A DNA stretch of 50,834 nt from positions 49,814,659 through 49,865,492 of the forward strand of contig JBOZIK010000001.1 in the NCBI GenBank assembly GCA_051453625.1, written 5' to 3'. This document shows, piece after piece, positions 49,094 through 50,834 of the stretch. Every line of letters starts with the position of its first letter. Position 1 is the stretch's first letter. This DNA is from Welwitschia mirabilis. Taxonomy: Eukaryota. The translations under genes were made by a program, and so were the position numbers. Below the pieces are notes generated by a model that was not told the DNA's origin, did no database searches, and was given only the letters and a program-made list of their open reading frames with translations.

Positions 49094-50834
49094 TAAATAC
49101 TTTGCCTCTTCTTTCCAATTAAGTCTTTTGTTGCTTGAAAAGGATCTGGTTTTCAAGAATTCTTGTTGTTATTAGAAACCAATTCTTGTTGTCTTACTTG
49201 TGTCATTTTCTTCTCACTTATCTTTCAAAGATGGTTAGCAAACCAAATTTTATGACTAACTGAGACTTATTAGTAATGAAGGATGTCTCAAGGATTTCAT
49301 TCCTTGTCAAATCTTGAAATTTTCTGAACATTTTATTATTTCCATCTTTCTGTTCATCATCCTTTTGTTGCTTTTTGAATTCTTTATAGATTGTCTTTCC
49401 AAGTTTTTCAACTTCTTATATGAGATTTAAGTGGTTATTAAATGGCTTTATGTTTAGCGAGGAAAAATTTGAAGGCCAAAATTTCATATGTAACACATAG
49501 CAATCATTTTGAGAAGAAATTTTGTTTTTCAATTTATTCTTCAAAGATGGCTATGTACAAAACTTTATAAGGAGGCAATTAAGGCTGCAGACGTAAAGAG
49601 AAAACTACTTGGGAAGAATCAAAATCAAAATACCACTCTCACTTGCTTTCGTGAGCCTGACATTGTGGGATACATAACTGAGTGATGTTGTGCTGTGGCG
49701 GTGTCTAAGAGGTGGTTTTGGGAGCAGAACAAGAGAGAGTCACACAAACGGAAGCAAAGAGAAACCCACTGGTAAAGATACATTGGTTGCCAAAATGCCT
49801 GGATTAATGAGGAAGTCAGTGCGCTGCTCCACATATACATGTATAATATCTGAGATAAAAAAATGCCTAAGCTAGTCCCAGGTTCCCCTTGGTGTTCATT
49901 TGGTGAAGTTAATCAAGTACTCCATAAGGGCATGCGGGTGGCACGTTTGTAGAAGAGGAGGCAACCTATTATCAATGTTTCAAGATGCTAAACCTTCTCC
50001 TTGGTAATAGGTAAAAGAAGGAAACCTTGCATGTTGTGACCACCCTCCAAGTGATATAAAATAGACCTGTCTTGCAACACCTTATGGATGCTAGCATTAC
50101 TCAACCTACCAAACACAGTATGAGCAAAACAGGTACATATGGAAGTACATGCAATCTTTTTTGTCATACTGGGATTCCCAAGAATAGCTGCAAGTGTGTT
50201 GATGCAATAGTAAGCCATGAGGCCATTTGTCCGTTGCGTCAAACATCACTGTCAAGGGGCACTGCTAGGCAATAGGAGCCGAGCTTGTATGATTGGGAAA
50301 GTTACCCAAATAGATGAGACAGGTTTACCAACATGGACAAATGGATGATATAACCTTGTCTTATAGCTCACTCGTTATCGTATGAAGTTACAATATATGC
50401 AAGCATTGATAAAGTCTCAATGTACTAAAATTTGATGCACTTCACTTTATAATAGAATGCCACCAAAGGTTTAGGACCACATTGTTTCTTCCAAACACCT
50501 AAGAAGAGAGTGATAACATAAGTGTGAGCTTTAGACATTAAAGGCTCAGCTGAAACTACAAAAAAAAAACTATAAAAAGCTCTTTGTGTAATTTGTTAAT
50601 TATGGTTAATTGTCACTGATGTTGTATTTACACTTTATTATTCATGTCTTATGAGGTTGAATCTTTTAGCTATAATCCTTAGTTTTTGAGTCTATAAGGC
50701 TGGAGAACCCAATGTTGTTTCTTAAATTGCCGACTGCTTAGATTGATCTCACCTGTTGATCCTGTTACAAAACTAACAACAAGAAAGTACTTGAACAAGA
50801 ATGGAACAGCAGGCATACAAAAGAAAACAACACA

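Noticed and set aside
49453..49500. TTTAG followed by a frame reading EEKFEGQNF, as candidate cyclophilin exon 4
   Set aside because: The phase fits, but the frame stops after ~13 codons and lacks DEI...[13 protein letters not shown]; a chance KFE match.

Overview
AT-rich eukaryotic plant nuclear scaffold with many N gaps. It is probably a large-genome seed plant, possibly a gymnosperm (inferred from L1 motif style and intron size). The only clear host gene is the first three coding exons of a spliceosomal cyclophilin (CYP18-2/PPIL1-like, + strand, 30866-31265). I cannot find its fourth exon in the remaining ~19.5 kb, which implies a very large TE-filled intron. That interval holds a complete but decayed Sirevirus-like Ty1/copia element (34938-47722, perfect ATTTC target-site duplication, env-like extra ORF, multiple PPTs). 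Two elements are nested in it: a TRIM-like mini-element in gag, and an inverted short copia element with gag and a 19-bp tandem array in the 3' LTR. Upstream are decayed retroelements: two oppositely oriented L1 LINEs, a copia gag-pol, and an RTE/RTEX-like LINE with an IETGRW-type C-terminus. A ~5 kb block of unassigned decayed ORFs includes a possible Ulp1/C48 peptidase relic. Most ~100-N gaps are followed by a diverged re-run of the preceding sequence, most likely two haplotypes or homoeologs assembled in tandem. I found no convincing new biological system; the best leads are unusual transposon architectures and the unassigned ORF block.
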